Assembly (NCBI GenBank): GCA_046313635.1
Contig: JBKBYA010000002.1
Span: 192,001 to 256,000 of the forward strand
Reading direction: 5' to 3'
DNA: 64,000 bases
Source: Pyrinomonadaceae bacterium
Lineage (GTDB): Bacteria; Acidobacteriota; Blastocatellia; Pyrinomonadales; Pyrinomonadaceae
Both the position numbers and the translations under genes were made by a program. The notes below the pieces were generated by a model, which was not told the origin of the DNA, made no database searches, and was given only the letters and a program-made list of their open reading frames with translations. Position 1 is the stretch's first letter. The number at the start of each line of letters is the position of its first letter. This document shows positions 50,154-61,604 of the stretch, one piece after another.

Positions 50154-51089
50154 TCACGGGATCGGAGCTCCCATCGTAAAGAGCGCCTTCCATGCGCCGC
50201 CTTCTTTGCCGTAGATGCTGATGCCGTACTCGTTCGGGATCTTCATATCGCCGCATTTGGCGTCGATCACCGTGCGGAAGGTCAAGAGGCTCAGATCGGC
50301 GCCGAGCGATGTGCTCGCCGCGTCGACGAGATCGAACGACTTGACCTCGCATTTGTCCTCCATCCACGTCTTGAGCGCACCGGCGCGGTCCTGGCGTCCC
50401 TGACTGGTGAATGCGACGAGGTCTCTCCCGGCCCAAGCCTCGAGCCCGGCGGCATTCTTGTTCTTCCAGTCCTCCCATGCCTTCTTCTCGAGAGCAATCA
50501 AAGCCTCGGTCGCGGCGTCAGGTTTGGCTGCCGCAGGCGGAGCGGCGGGCTTGGCGGTCGAAGCCGCGGGCTTGGCGTTCGGGTCGGGGATCGGCGTCTC
50601 GGCATGGAACGCGCCTTTCCAGGTCGTGCCTTCGCGTACGTAGACACCCGCGGCCCACGAGTTCGCCGGCACCTTTTGACCGCCGCACGTGGCGTCCACC
50701 GCGACCTTGTATGTGACCAGCGCGGCGTCATTGCCGAGCGGCTTCATCTGATCGTCGGTGATCGCGTAGCTCTTGACGTCGCAGTCGGTGCCCGAATATT
50801 CCTTGATCGCAGCAGCCTTATCGAGTCGGCCCGACGCGCCGAAGCCGACGAAGTTCGCCGTCAGGAACGGGTCCCAGAATTTTGAATCCTTGTTTTTCCA
50901 GGCCTCATAGGCGCTCTTCTCGAGCGTCATCAGGGCCTCCTTGGTCGGAGCCGCTGCCGCGGGCTTGGCGGCGTTTGAATTTGCATTCGCGTTGGCGTTT
51001 GCGTTTGACGCGGTATTGGTCGCCGGTTCGCAGCCCGACAGCAGAAGAGCCGCAGCGAACGTTACAAGCAGAAGTCTCATCCGGTTCAT
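50154..51089 (-). CDS. Lipoprotein with two NTF2-like (DUF4440/SnoaL-like) domains
   Basis: Lipobox LLSG|C, NANANANA linker, duplicated LEK.A.E.WKNK(D/N)..C.VKS..C..K.P..VY..EG..WK domain. Confidence 0.78.
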   Translation of the reverse strand: MNRMRLLLVTFAAALLLSGCEPATNTASNANANANANSNAAKPAAAAPTKEALMTLEKSAYEAWKNKDSKFWDPFLTANFVGFGASGRLDKAAAIKEYSGTDCDVKSYAITDDQMKPLGNDAALVTYKVAVDATCGGQKVPANSWAAGVYVREGTTWKGAFHAETPIPDPNAKPAASTAKPAAPPAAAKPDAATEALIALEKKAWEDWKNKNAAGLEAWAGRDLVAFTSQGRQDRAGALKTWMEDKCEVKSFDLVDAASTSLGADLSLLTFRTVIDAKCGDMKIPNEYGISIYGKEGGAWKALFTMGAPIP

Positions 51090-51413
51090 ACAAGTCCTCC
51101 TGGATCTCTGTGGATGGATCGAAAAAAAGCCCGCAGGTGCGCCTCAAAAAAAACAACACCCCGGGCGCGTCTAATACTGGTCGGAACGGCTAAGTGATAT
51201 CACCGGTCGGTGGGGAAGTCAATCAGGTTTTTAGTCTGCCGACCCGGTCGGACCATATGACTCAGGAAAGCGATCGCGCCGCGCCCATCGCGCTACGAGG
51301 CGGACAGTCAAGCCCTCGAAGATAAGGAACCTTGGCCGACGGTTACTGCAGGACGTCCGCGAGGCGAGTACTGGGCACACGTCAAGAGACTTGCGGGAGC
51401 GATGCTCCAATCT

Positions 51414-51923
51414 TTACCAAGGCCAAGGTAATATCGGCCGCACCAATATAAGCGTCCATCCGAGGATGTTCGCGAATATCCAAAGCCCTATCGACCACTT
51501 CATGCCCGAAACGGCGGCTAAATACTCCTGCTCGTCGAACCGGATCCGATACCAATATCGATAGAACCATCGAAGCGCCAAGATAACCGGGAATACGTAG
51601 ATCAAAAGGTTCGGAATAATGAACCAAAGCGGAAATCCGATAAAAGTTACCAGAGCGGTAGAAGCAAGAAATGGAATGAACGCCGGGTCCAGGGACTGGA
51701 TCTTGTTAGCGGAAGCTATCGCCGACGTGTAATAGTGATTTAGAGCGAAGGACGAAACGACCTCATCGTCCTCATTGAACGCCCCGCAGTTTGGGCATTT
51801 TCGTTCGGTCAAGATCAGTTCACCGCTCTCGTCCGTCTGGATCGGGATGAGCTGCCAACAGACCACGCATCGCGCATAGCAGTGAATTACCGGGTCGAGC
51901 AGCTCGGGATCATTAAAGCTCAT
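51414..51923 (-). CDS. Hypothetical membrane protein with N-terminal Zn-ribbon
   Basis: CVVC..CPNC followed by about three TM helices. ATG51923 overlaps the end of the upstream gene. Lower GC than its surroundings. Confidence 0.6.
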   Translation of the reverse strand: MSFNDPELLDPVIHCYARCVVCWQLIPIQTDESGELILTERKCPNCGAFNEDDEVVSSFALNHYYTSAIASANKIQSLDPAFIPFLASTALVTFIGFPLWFIIPNLLIYVFPVILALRWFYRYWYRIRFDEQEYLAAVSGMKWSIGLWIFANILGWTLILVRPILPWPW

Positions 51924-52328
51924 CTCGCGATCTATTGGAGCAAAGGCCGCCCCGGGTTCTGTCAAAGGCTCCGTAGCAGATTCGGATGATCAACACTCCT
52001 CTGTAACCGGCTGCCTTGCCATCGACCACCAGGGTCTTGAAGTTCCAGTCGGAAACGGTTTTCTCGACATACTCTGTTACCGGTCGCGGCCAACTGCTCG
52101 AGATGGATCTCGCAGAGATGACTTTCCCTGCGTCGCTGACGTCTACAAGCACATAAATGTTTCCTTTTCCGTGAAACTCGCGAACGGCGGCAGGCGGATC
52201 CGGAAAGCTCCTCTCTATTACTCTCTTACCAATTTCCGCCGACGGAAGATACCTCAACTTATTCGCCGGTGACTGAGAGAACACAGCACCGGCGAAAAGA
52301 AGAAGGAAGAAGCTGGCTGGAACCGCTC

Positions 52329-52332
<4 letters not shown>
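51913..52332 (-). CDS. Small exported TonB C-terminal-domain-like protein
   Basis: Signal peptide, then P.PP.A....G.G.I.V.V.V...GKV..AR..S...V..W.FK...DGK; TTGA overlap with the mutase stop. Confidence 0.6.
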
Positions 52333-54002
<1,670 letters not shown>

Positions 54003-54120
54003 AATTCGCTTGGTTTATCGATCGATAAGTCGTGATTTTAGCATACGGCAGCCGCGGGTCGAACGGGCGGCCGGCCGCCGCGGCGTTGCAATCGTGCGTC
54101 GCCAAACCTAGAATGGCGAA

Positions 54121-54621
54121 ATGATTTTTCGTCGCGCCGCGTTTCTCCCGTTGGTTGTGCTGTCGCTGCTCGTCGTGACGGCCGCGTCGTGCGCGGGCGG
54201 CGATGCCGATACCGGTCCGTCCAACACTTCGGTGCAGGCGGCGAACGCGAATACAGATTCTGCGCGGACCAATGTCGAGGAGCTCGGGATGCTCGTCAAC
54301 GTGCCCTATGAAAGCGAAGAGGTCTTTTGGAAAGAGGACGCGGGGCGCAAGCGGCTCGTCGCGGTGCTGATGTTCCCAAGCTCCGAGGCCGAGCGGCTCG
54401 TCGCCGACGCCGCGAAGCTGCGTGCTCCCGAGCCGGTGAGCATGACGCCCGAGAGCTGGTTCCCGCCGGAGCTCGTCGCGCAGGGTGAGATGAGCGGCGA
54501 CAGTACGATAAAGGGGCAGGCTTACGCCGCCGACGCCTTTCTCCAGCCGCCGTACAGCGAGGGCCGCATCGCGCGGATCGACGGAACGGACTACTTCGTG
54601 CTGGAGGTCTTTGCGCGATAG
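54121..54621 (+). CDS. Hypothetical lipoprotein
   Basis: Lipoprotein-like signal (LLVVTAAS|C); host-like codon usage; fills the gap between genes. Confidence 0.68.
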   Translation: MIFRRAAFLPLVVLSLLVVTAASCAGGDADTGPSNTSVQAANANTDSARTNVEELGMLVNVPYESEEVFWKEDAGRKRLVAVLMFPSSEAERLVADAAKLRAPEPVSMTPESWFPPELVAQGEMSGDSTIKGQAYAADAFLQPPYSEGRIARIDGTDYFVLEVFAR

Positions 54622-54628
54622 CCGGTGC

Positions 54629-55990
54629 TCAGCCTTTTGAGCCTTCGTATCTTTTTAATTTCCGATACAGCGTAGAGAGATCGATGCCGAGTATCTCCGC
54701 GGCCCGGCCCTTGTCGCGGTCAACCGACTCGAGCACGTCGTAGATATATCGCCGCTCGACCTCGTCCAGTGTGGGGCGCATCCCGTCGACGTCGCGGATG
54801 ACGATAGCACCGTTGACCGACGCTCGCACCTTTGGCGGCAGGTCGTCGAGAGTGATCAGATCAGAACTGAGAATGAACGCACGTTCGACCGCGTTCTCGA
54901 GCTCGCGGACGTTGCCAGGCCAGCTGTAGTTGACGAGGGCGGTCATCGCCTCGGGCGAGATGCTCTTTTCGCTGCACCTTTGCCTGCGGGCCGCGGCCGT
55001 GGCAAAGTGCCTCGCCAAGAGAGGTATGTCGTCGCGGCGCTCGCGCAGCGGCGGTATCGATATCTCGACGACGTTGAGACGGTAAAACAGATCGTCGCGA
55101 AATCGTCCGGCCGCGACCTCGTCCTCGAGATCGCGATTTGTCGCCGCGATTATCCGGGCGTCAAACTTCTCCGCCCGTGACGCGCCGACCGGCGTTACTT
55201 CAAATTCCTGCAGCGCACGCAGCAGCTTGACCTGCAGCGTCGCCGGCATCTCGCCCACCTCGTCGAGAAACAATGTGCCGCCCGACGCCGAGCGAAACAG
55301 TCCGGGCTTGTCCCTGTACGCCCCGGTGAACGCTCCCCGTTTGTGCCCGAACAGCTCGCTCTCGAGCAGAGACTCGGGCAGCGCTCCGCAGTTGATGGCG
55401 AGGAATGGCCGGCCCGAGCGTTCGCTGTTGAAATGTATCGAGCGCGCGACGAGCTCCTTGCCGGTACCGCTCTCGCCCTGCAGCAGAACGTTGGCTCCGG
55501 TGGACGCGACCTTTCTGACGAGATCGAAGACGCTCCGCAGCCCATCGCTTTGGCCGACGATCTCTGAAAAGTCGTACCGCCCGCTAAGCTCGCGCCGGAG
55601 CAGTCGATTCTCTCTGAAGAGCTCGCGATGCGCGACGCCGTTCTTGACGGACTGCACGATGTCCTCGTTGACGAAGGGCTTGGTGATGTAGTCGTACGCT
55701 CCCTTGCGCAGCGCCGCGATCGCCGAGTCGACCGACGAGTAGGCCGTCATCACGATCACGATCGCGTCGGGCTCGAGCGATTTGATCCGGTCGAGCAGGT
55801 CGAGCCCGTCGCGGCCGCCCATTCGAATGTCGGTGAGCGTGACGGCAACGTCGGCGGTGCCAAAGATCTCGAGCGCCGTCTCGGCGCTGTCGGCGGTGAG
55901 TACCGAGTAGCCCTCGGCCTCGAGCAGCTCGCGCAGTATTCGGCGCATCAACTCTTCGTCCTCGACGAGCAAAACGTTATGCTGAGGCAT
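54629..55990 (-). CDS. sigma54-dependent response regulator (NtrC/AtoC family)
   Basis: Receiver domain (VEDE, TDIRM, KPF), GESGTGKE, ESELFGH..GAFTGA, FLDEVGE, FRDDLFYRL, WPGNVREL and a Fis-type HTH. Confidence 0.96.
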   Translation of the reverse strand: MPQHNVLLVEDEELMRRILRELLEAEGYSVLTADSAETALEIFGTADVAVTLTDIRMGGRDGLDLLDRIKSLEPDAIVIVMTAYSSVDSAIAALRKGAYDYITKPFVNEDIVQSVKNGVAHRELFRENRLLRRELSGRYDFSEIVGQSDGLRSVFDLVRKVASTGANVLLQGESGTGKELVARSIHFNSERSGRPFLAINCGALPESLLESELFGHKRGAFTGAYRDKPGLFRSASGGTLFLDEVGEMPATLQVKLLRALQEFEVTPVGASRAEKFDARIIAATNRDLEDEVAAGRFRDDLFYRLNVVEISIPPLRERRDDIPLLARHFATAAARRQRCSEKSISPEAMTALVNYSWPGNVRELENAVERAFILSSDLITLDDLPPKVRASVNGAIVIRDVDGMRPTLDEVERRYIYDVLESVDRDKGRAAEILGIDLSTLYRKLKRYEGSKG

Positions 55991-56121
55991 AGGGCACATC
56001 GGCTGTGAAGCGGCTCGATTGGTAAGTCTAGCACACGCTTTTTTTTGAAAAAGGTCATTCGTGATAGCATCGACGTAAAGTTCGCGAGACTCTCAGACCC
56101 TGTAAAAAGATCGACCAAGAA

Positions 56122-58617
56122 ATGCGGTACGCCACAATCTCGATCCTTGTCCTGACGGCGTGCCTCCTCTCGTCCACGGCCCTCGGCCAGCAGACAAATC
56201 CGGTGGAGCGGCAGGTGGCTAACCCGATCACCGACACGCCCAACGTCAACCCCGTCGCCAACCCCAACGCAACGCCGAAGCCGCGCCCGACCGTCGAGCC
56301 CGAGGGCGGCGACGGGGAAGTTGTCGTCTATTCGACCCGTCAAACCGTCGAGGGCGACGCGGGCAAGCGGATCGTCGTTCACGAGGGCAATGTCGACGTT
56401 CGCTTCGGCGTCTATCGCCTGCAGGCCGACAAGGTGACGATCTACGAGGCCGAGAACAAAATGGTCGCCGAGGGCAGCGTCGTCTTTGACAAGGGCGACG
56501 ACGAGCGCATCACCGGAGCCCGCGGCGTCTGGAACTACAAGACAAAGCTCGGATCATTCGAGGACTCGACCGGATTTACGAACCAGACCAACGACGGAAC
56601 GGTCATCTACTTTCAGGCCGAGCGCGTCGAGCGCGTGTCGCTCGACGAGATCGTCGTCAGCAAAGGCAAATTCACCGCGTGCGACGAGGCCGTGCCGAAG
56701 TGGAGCTTTACCGCCGACGAGGCGCGTATCAAGATCAACGACCGCGTCAAACTCAAGGGAGCCAAATTTCGCGTCAAGGACGTCGCACTGCTCGCACTGC
56801 CGTACGCTTCGATCCCTATCAAGAAGCGCGATCGAGCGTCGGGGTTTCTGACGCCGACCGTCGGCTACTCGGCCAACAAAGGCCTGCGCGTCTCGAACGC
56901 GTACTATCTCACGCTCGGCCGATCGGCCGACATGACCGTCCGCGGCGATCTCTACTCGGGCCGCGGCGTCGGCTACGGCCTCGACTTTCGGACGCGTGCG
57001 AATTCGCGATCTTTTCTGGATTTCGGGTTTTACGCCGTAAAGGACAGGATCTTTGGGCCAGGGCCCGACGCAGAGCATCCTGACCAGGGCGGATCGATCG
57101 TCTACGCCGAGGGCGTGCATTACTTCCCAAACGGTTTTACCGCGGCCGTCGACGTCAGGCTGACGTCAAACCTCGCCTTCCGGCAGGTCTTTTCCGACGG
57201 CATTCAGCAGATCATCTCGCCGATCGAGGTGTCGCAGGGCTTTGTTAACAAGAGCTGGCGCAATTACACGCTCGACCTGCTCGCCCGCTCGCAGGTGATC
57301 TCGATCCCGAACGTGCGCATCAAGACGCGCAACCTGCCGAGCGTGAATTTTGAAAAGCGGCCGTCGCTCATCGCACGCGCCTTCCCGGCGTACTTCTCCT
57401 TTCGCACGAGCCTCGAGGGGACGGCGCGCCGCGAAGAGGTGGACGACATCGCGCTCTACCGAGCGCGCAACGGCAGCGATCCGACCGTTTCGCCCGCGGT
57501 GGCTCAGCGCTTCGACATTTACCCGCAGTTCATCCTGCCGCTGAGCACAAAGTACTTTAACTTTACGGCGTCGGCCGCCGGGCGGATGACGTACTACTCA
57601 AACTCGTTTGACGACCTTCGCCGCGTCGTCGGCCGCGACGTGATCAGAAAGTACGGCGAATTCACGTTCGACCTTCGTCCCGTCGCGCTTGCACGCAACT
57701 TTTACGGGCGGGCGGGCAGCTTCCGCTTTCGTCACGTGATCGAGCCCTTTGTGACGTATCGCTTCATCAAGGGCATCGACAATTTTAACCGGATCATTCG
57801 CTTTGATTCGCTCGATACGATCACCGACACCAACGAGATCGAGTACGGAGTGACCAACCGCATATACACTCGCCGCTACGCCGAGGCCGTCACCGACGAA
57901 GCGCAAAAGCGTCTGCAGACGCTGCCGGCCGACCAGCGCTCGCCGCTTGCGGCACAGCCGTACGAGATCTTTAGCCTGACGGTGCGGGGAAAGTATTTCT
58001 TTGACAAGACCTTTGGCGGAGCGCTCGTGCCCGGCCGCCGCAACCAGATCGAGCCGGTCACGGCGCTGACGTTCTACACATTTGGCGGCGTGCCGCGTCG
58101 ATTCTCTCCGCTCAGCATCGACGCGTCGTACAGGCCGCAGAGGACCGTCGTCGTCAATTCGCGGATGGACGTCGGTGTTGTCGGCGACGGCATACGTGCC
58201 GCGTCGGCGGCGATCGGGTACGACACCAAGCTGCTCAAGGTCTTTCAGACCTTTTACTACACTCGCGCGGTTACGCTGATCCCTTCGCTCGCGCGATACG
58301 CCGATGCCGCGGGCAAGGAGGCCGGGACGCTCCGCGGCTCGCAATGGAGCCCCAGCGTCTTTATGGGCAGCCGCGACAAGGGATGGTATGGCGGCACGTC
58401 GCTCTTTTTCGATTTTGAGAATCGACGCGCCGCGCGGCTCTCGCCTCTGATCAGCTCGCTGTACACGCTCGGCTACGCGTACGACTGCTGCTCGCTGGCG
58501 CTGCAGTACTACACCTTCAACGTTGGCGCCCGCAACGAGAATCGGGTCGTCTTCAGCTTTCGTCTTAACGGCATCGGCTCATTCGGCACCGAGCAGTTCG
58601 GCCAGCGTCTGCGGTAG
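56122..58617 (+). CDS. lptD: LPS-assembly outer membrane protein LptD
   Basis: Signal peptide, OstA-like N-domain (LQADKV, GKFTAC...PKW), R.SGFL.P, RHVIEP..TY, Y.YDCC, F.F.L.GIG end. Confidence 0.85.
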   Translation: MRYATISILVLTACLLSSTALGQQTNPVERQVANPITDTPNVNPVANPNATPKPRPTVEPEGGDGEVVVYSTRQTVEGDAGKRIVVHEGNVDVRFGVYRLQADKVTIYEAENKMVAEGSVVFDKGDDERITGARGVWNYKTKLGSFEDSTGFTNQTNDGTVIYFQAERVERVSLDEIVVSKGKFTACDEAVPKWSFTADEARIKINDRVKLKGAKFRVKDVALLALPYASIPIKKRDRASGFLTPTVGYSANKGLRVSNAYYLTLGRSADMTVRGDLYSGRGVGYGLDFRTRANSRSFLDFGFYAVKDRIFGPGPDAEHPDQGGSIVYAEGVHYFPNGFTAAVDVRLTSNLAFRQVFSDGIQQIISPIEVSQGFVNKSWRNYTLDLLARSQVISIPNVRIKTRNLPSVNFEKRPSLIARAFPAYFSFRTSLEGTARREEVDDIALYRARNGSDPTVSPAVAQRFDIYPQFILPLSTKYFNFTASAAGRMTYYSNSFDDLRRVVGRDVIRKYGEFTFDLRPVALARNFYGRAGSFRFRHVIEPFVTYRFIKGIDNFNRIIRFDSLDTITDTNEIEYGVTNRIYTRRYAEAVTDEAQKRLQTLPADQRSPLAAQPYEIFSLTVRGKYFFDKTFGGALVPGRRNQIEPVTALTFYTFGGVPRRFSPLSIDASYRPQRTVVVNSRMDVGVVGDGIRAASAAIGYDTKLLKVFQTFYYTRAVTLIPSLARYADAAGKEAGTLRGSQWSPSVFMGSRDKGWYGGTSLFFDFENRRAARLSPLISSLYTLGYAYDCCSLALQYYTFNVGARNENRVVFSFRLNGIGSFGTEQFGQRLR

Positions 58618-58619
58618 CG

Positions 58620-61568
58620 TCACGCCTTATTCGACGGCGCGGCAACGAATTTCGACTGCCGCCGGCCGTTGACGTGCACGCGTCTGCGGGCCGCCGCCGC
58701 AGGCTCGCTCACGCTGCGGCGGAGGGTGTCGAAGAGGTCCTCGATATCCTTTGGCCGGCTGTCGCGTATGATCTCGTTCATCGTCAGAAAGCCCAGCGTC
58801 CTGTACGCCTCGAACTGCTTTTCGTCGTACATCTGATCGCCGGTCGACTGGTGAGGGAAGTGCTGGTTGGCCTCGGCGTAGTACCGCACGTCGCGCGGCT
58901 CGGTCGTGCCGTAATACGTCGGCCGCGTGTACAACAGCCAACCGCGAATGTTCTCGCCTGCCGCGTCCTTTTCGGGATAGACGATCTCGGCGAGAGCAAA
59001 CCTCGAACGCCTGATCTCGCCCTCCTCTTTGCTGTACCGGCCGTAGATATTCATCGCCCCGACGAAGTTTATGTCGACGCCGAGATCGACCTTGCACTTC
59101 TGTATCGCGTTCGCGATCTCGCCGAACTTGAACGCTTCGTCGGCCGCTCCGTCGCTCAGCACGATGAAACGGCACCGGCGGAGGACCATCTCGTACAGTG
59201 CGAGATTCTCAAAGTGCCCGCCGTCGGTCACGTTCAGAAATCTCTTGCGCTCGTTCGTCCGGCCAAACATCTCGTTCAGCAGCGGCAAAACCGCGATCGA
59301 CGGACTTGATCTTTGATAGAAGCGGCGCGGGCCGCGGCCAAAGCGATCATAGGCCGACCCGGCCTCGCCCGTATTGCCGAGCCACCAGCCGAGCCGGATA
59401 TTGAAGAGCGCCATGAGAAAGGTCACGAGCGGCGATGAATAGTAGCCCATGTTGGGATTGGCCGCCGCGCCCGAGATCGCCATTGCGGTCCCGAGACGGA
59501 GCGACTTGCCGGAGCTGGAGCTGATCGAATACCGAGACGTCGGCCGGTAACCTTTGACGGCCGCGCTCCCGCAGTGGAGCGGCGTCATCGTAAAGCTCGC
59601 GGCCTTTCGCTTTTGCCACGCCAGATTTTTGCCGTTGACCAAGTTTACGGTGGCGTTGATGACGTGCAGCGGCCGCTGATGCGCGAGGCGACACAATTCG
59701 ATGTTGTCGGTCGGGTCAAATCCGATGAATGGATGGGGCACTCTGAACCTGTTCGACGCTCCGAGGTACGCGCGGACGAGTCGATCGCGATACGCGCCGT
59801 GCAGCGAGAATTTGTTCACGTTGACAAAACAGCCCATCAGGCAGCCCGTCCCGCCGAGCACGACGAGGGCCCCTGAGAGCATCAGGAACGATGACTGCCG
59901 CAGAACTGAGACGTGGCCGGCGGCGCCCGTCATCTGCCCAAATACAAGTGAGGTGACATAAGCCAGCCCGATCAAAATGAATGTCAGAAGGATCACGGCC
60001 CCGACGGTCGGCGCGTAGTCGAGGAAACGGGAGATCCTTGACCGCGTCGGCTCGGGCCGCACATGGGAACGTTCGGAAAAGCCGCCGCCCAGGGCCAGCA
60101 TCGCGGACACCGCCGCCGCAGCCGACGAGATCATCGCGGGCAGTCCGTCAAGACTGAATGCTCCGCCGCGCCGCAGAAGCGCGACCATCTTTTCGACGAT
60201 CGTCGGGCCGAAGAGCACAAGCGCGGCAAGCACTATCCAGCCGGCGGCGACGATCAGCACCCACGCGCCGTAGCGTGCGAGCCACTCGCGGTCTTCGTCC
60301 TTTATCAACCGGCTCGAAAGGCCGACAAACAGCGTCGCGGCCGCGAGTACCACCACGAGGAACAAAGGCACGGACAGCGTGACGTAAAGCTCCCGGCGAG
60401 ACCCGGCCAAGTCGCCGAGGAGGCTGTCGATGGTCTCGGGCCGCAGCAGCTTTTGCGTCACCGCCCAGAGGAGCACCGCTCCGGCCGCGCCCGATGCCAA
60501 CACCGCGAGGCTCGGCCTTATCTCTACCCTGCGAAGACCGTTGAAGGCAATAAAGGTCGCCGAGCCGGCCGCGTAGGCCACGCCCACCGCCGCCAAAAAG
60601 AACCAGAGGCTGTCGTAGCCGCCGACCGACGGGTGCCACCCAAAAAGGCCGTGGTCCGGCATCGAGCTGTGACCCTGATAATGCCACGCCCAGACGATGA
60701 CGGCCGCGAGGGCCGAAACCACGAGAGGCGCGACGCCGCATACGAGCACGCCCGCGTCGGAGTCGGTAAAGCGCGTAACGACCTTGTCGGCGTGTACGCC
60801 TGTTTTCGCCGACCGGCCGCTGCGGCTGGGCAGCTTGCCGACGACGAACGCCATCGCGACGGAGCCGAGGAGGATCGACGAGACCACGAGCAGCGATTCG
60901 AGGTACTGAATGTCGTGGTCCTGGCCCACTGTCATAAAGACAAAACGCGGCAGCAGCAGCACGGCCGCGAGCAGCGGGACAAAGATCGACAGATTCAGCG
61001 CCAAATTGCGCAGATAGATGGCGATCAGCGTCCACGTGTCGGCCGACATAAGGCCGGTGCGCGGGCTCATATAGTTGCTGTATTCACGCAGGTGCTCGAG
61101 CTGCTTCGGTTCAGGGTTGGGGTCGTCGGCGCCGCTGATGGGATTGCAGTTTATCGTCTCCTGGATCTTTTTGATCCCACGGGTAGTATCGTGAGTGCCG
61201 GAGTTTCCGCTGTCTGTCGACTGATTCTCGCGATAGGCCCAGGTCGAGAGCCAGGAGCCGAGGTAGCCGCCGCCGGAGACGGTCGAGAGGTAGTCAAAAT
61301 TGTCGAGCAGCTTGTGCTTGGCGAGAGCTTGGATGATGCCGAGACCGAAGGTCGCGCTCCTGATGCCGCCGCCCGAAAAGCAGAGCGCCGTGAGCTTGCT
61401 CTCATGCAGAGCGGTAAAGACGGATGCAAGGTCCACCGCCGCGGCATCGGTCTCGTCGGGCGGGCGACGTTCGCCGTCGTCCGAGGCGGCGCGGCTGCGT
61501 TTCACGCTTGCGAGTTCGGCGGCGAGCACCTCGGCGAGGTTGAGAGGCTTTTCGTTATGGTCGTTCAT
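58620..61568 (-). CDS. Patatin/cPLA2-like phospholipase with a large polytopic membrane insertion
   Basis: ALCFSGGGIRSATFGLG (oxyanion), DYLSTVSGGGY (Ser), AMAISGAA, DGGHFENL (Asp); about ten hydrophobic helices between the two halves. Confidence 0.85.
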   Translation of the reverse strand: MNDHNEKPLNLAEVLAAELASVKRSRAASDDGERRPPDETDAAAVDLASVFTALHESKLTALCFSGGGIRSATFGLGIIQALAKHKLLDNFDYLSTVSGGGYLGSWLSTWAYRENQSTDSGNSGTHDTTRGIKKIQETINCNPISGADDPNPEPKQLEHLREYSNYMSPRTGLMSADTWTLIAIYLRNLALNLSIFVPLLAAVLLLPRFVFMTVGQDHDIQYLESLLVVSSILLGSVAMAFVVGKLPSRSGRSAKTGVHADKVVTRFTDSDAGVLVCGVAPLVVSALAAVIVWAWHYQGHSSMPDHGLFGWHPSVGGYDSLWFFLAAVGVAYAAGSATFIAFNGLRRVEIRPSLAVLASGAAGAVLLWAVTQKLLRPETIDSLLGDLAGSRRELYVTLSVPLFLVVVLAAATLFVGLSSRLIKDEDREWLARYGAWVLIVAAGWIVLAALVLFGPTIVEKMVALLRRGGAFSLDGLPAMISSAAAAVSAMLALGGGFSERSHVRPEPTRSRISRFLDYAPTVGAVILLTFILIGLAYVTSLVFGQMTGAAGHVSVLRQSSFLMLSGALVVLGGTGCLMGCFVNVNKFSLHGAYRDRLVRAYLGASNRFRVPHPFIGFDPTDNIELCRLAHQRPLHVINATVNLVNGKNLAWQKRKAASFTMTPLHCGSAAVKGYRPTSRYSISSSSGKSLRLGTAMAISGAAANPNMGYYSSPLVTFLMALFNIRLGWWLGNTGEAGSAYDRFGRGPRRFYQRSSPSIAVLPLLNEMFGRTNERKRFLNVTDGGHFENLALYEMVLRRCRFIVLSDGAADEAFKFGEIANAIQKCKVDLGVDINFVGAMNIYGRYSKEEGEIRRSRFALAEIVYPEKDAAGENIRGWLLYTRPTYYGTTEPRDVRYYAEANQHFPHQSTGDQMYDEKQFEAYRTLGFLTMNEIIRDSRPKDIEDLFDTLRRSVSEPAAAARRRVHVNGRRQSKFVAAPSNKA

Positions 61569-61604
61569 ATCTTGCAGCGGCGGCCCGTGCGATGACCGCG
61601 AGGT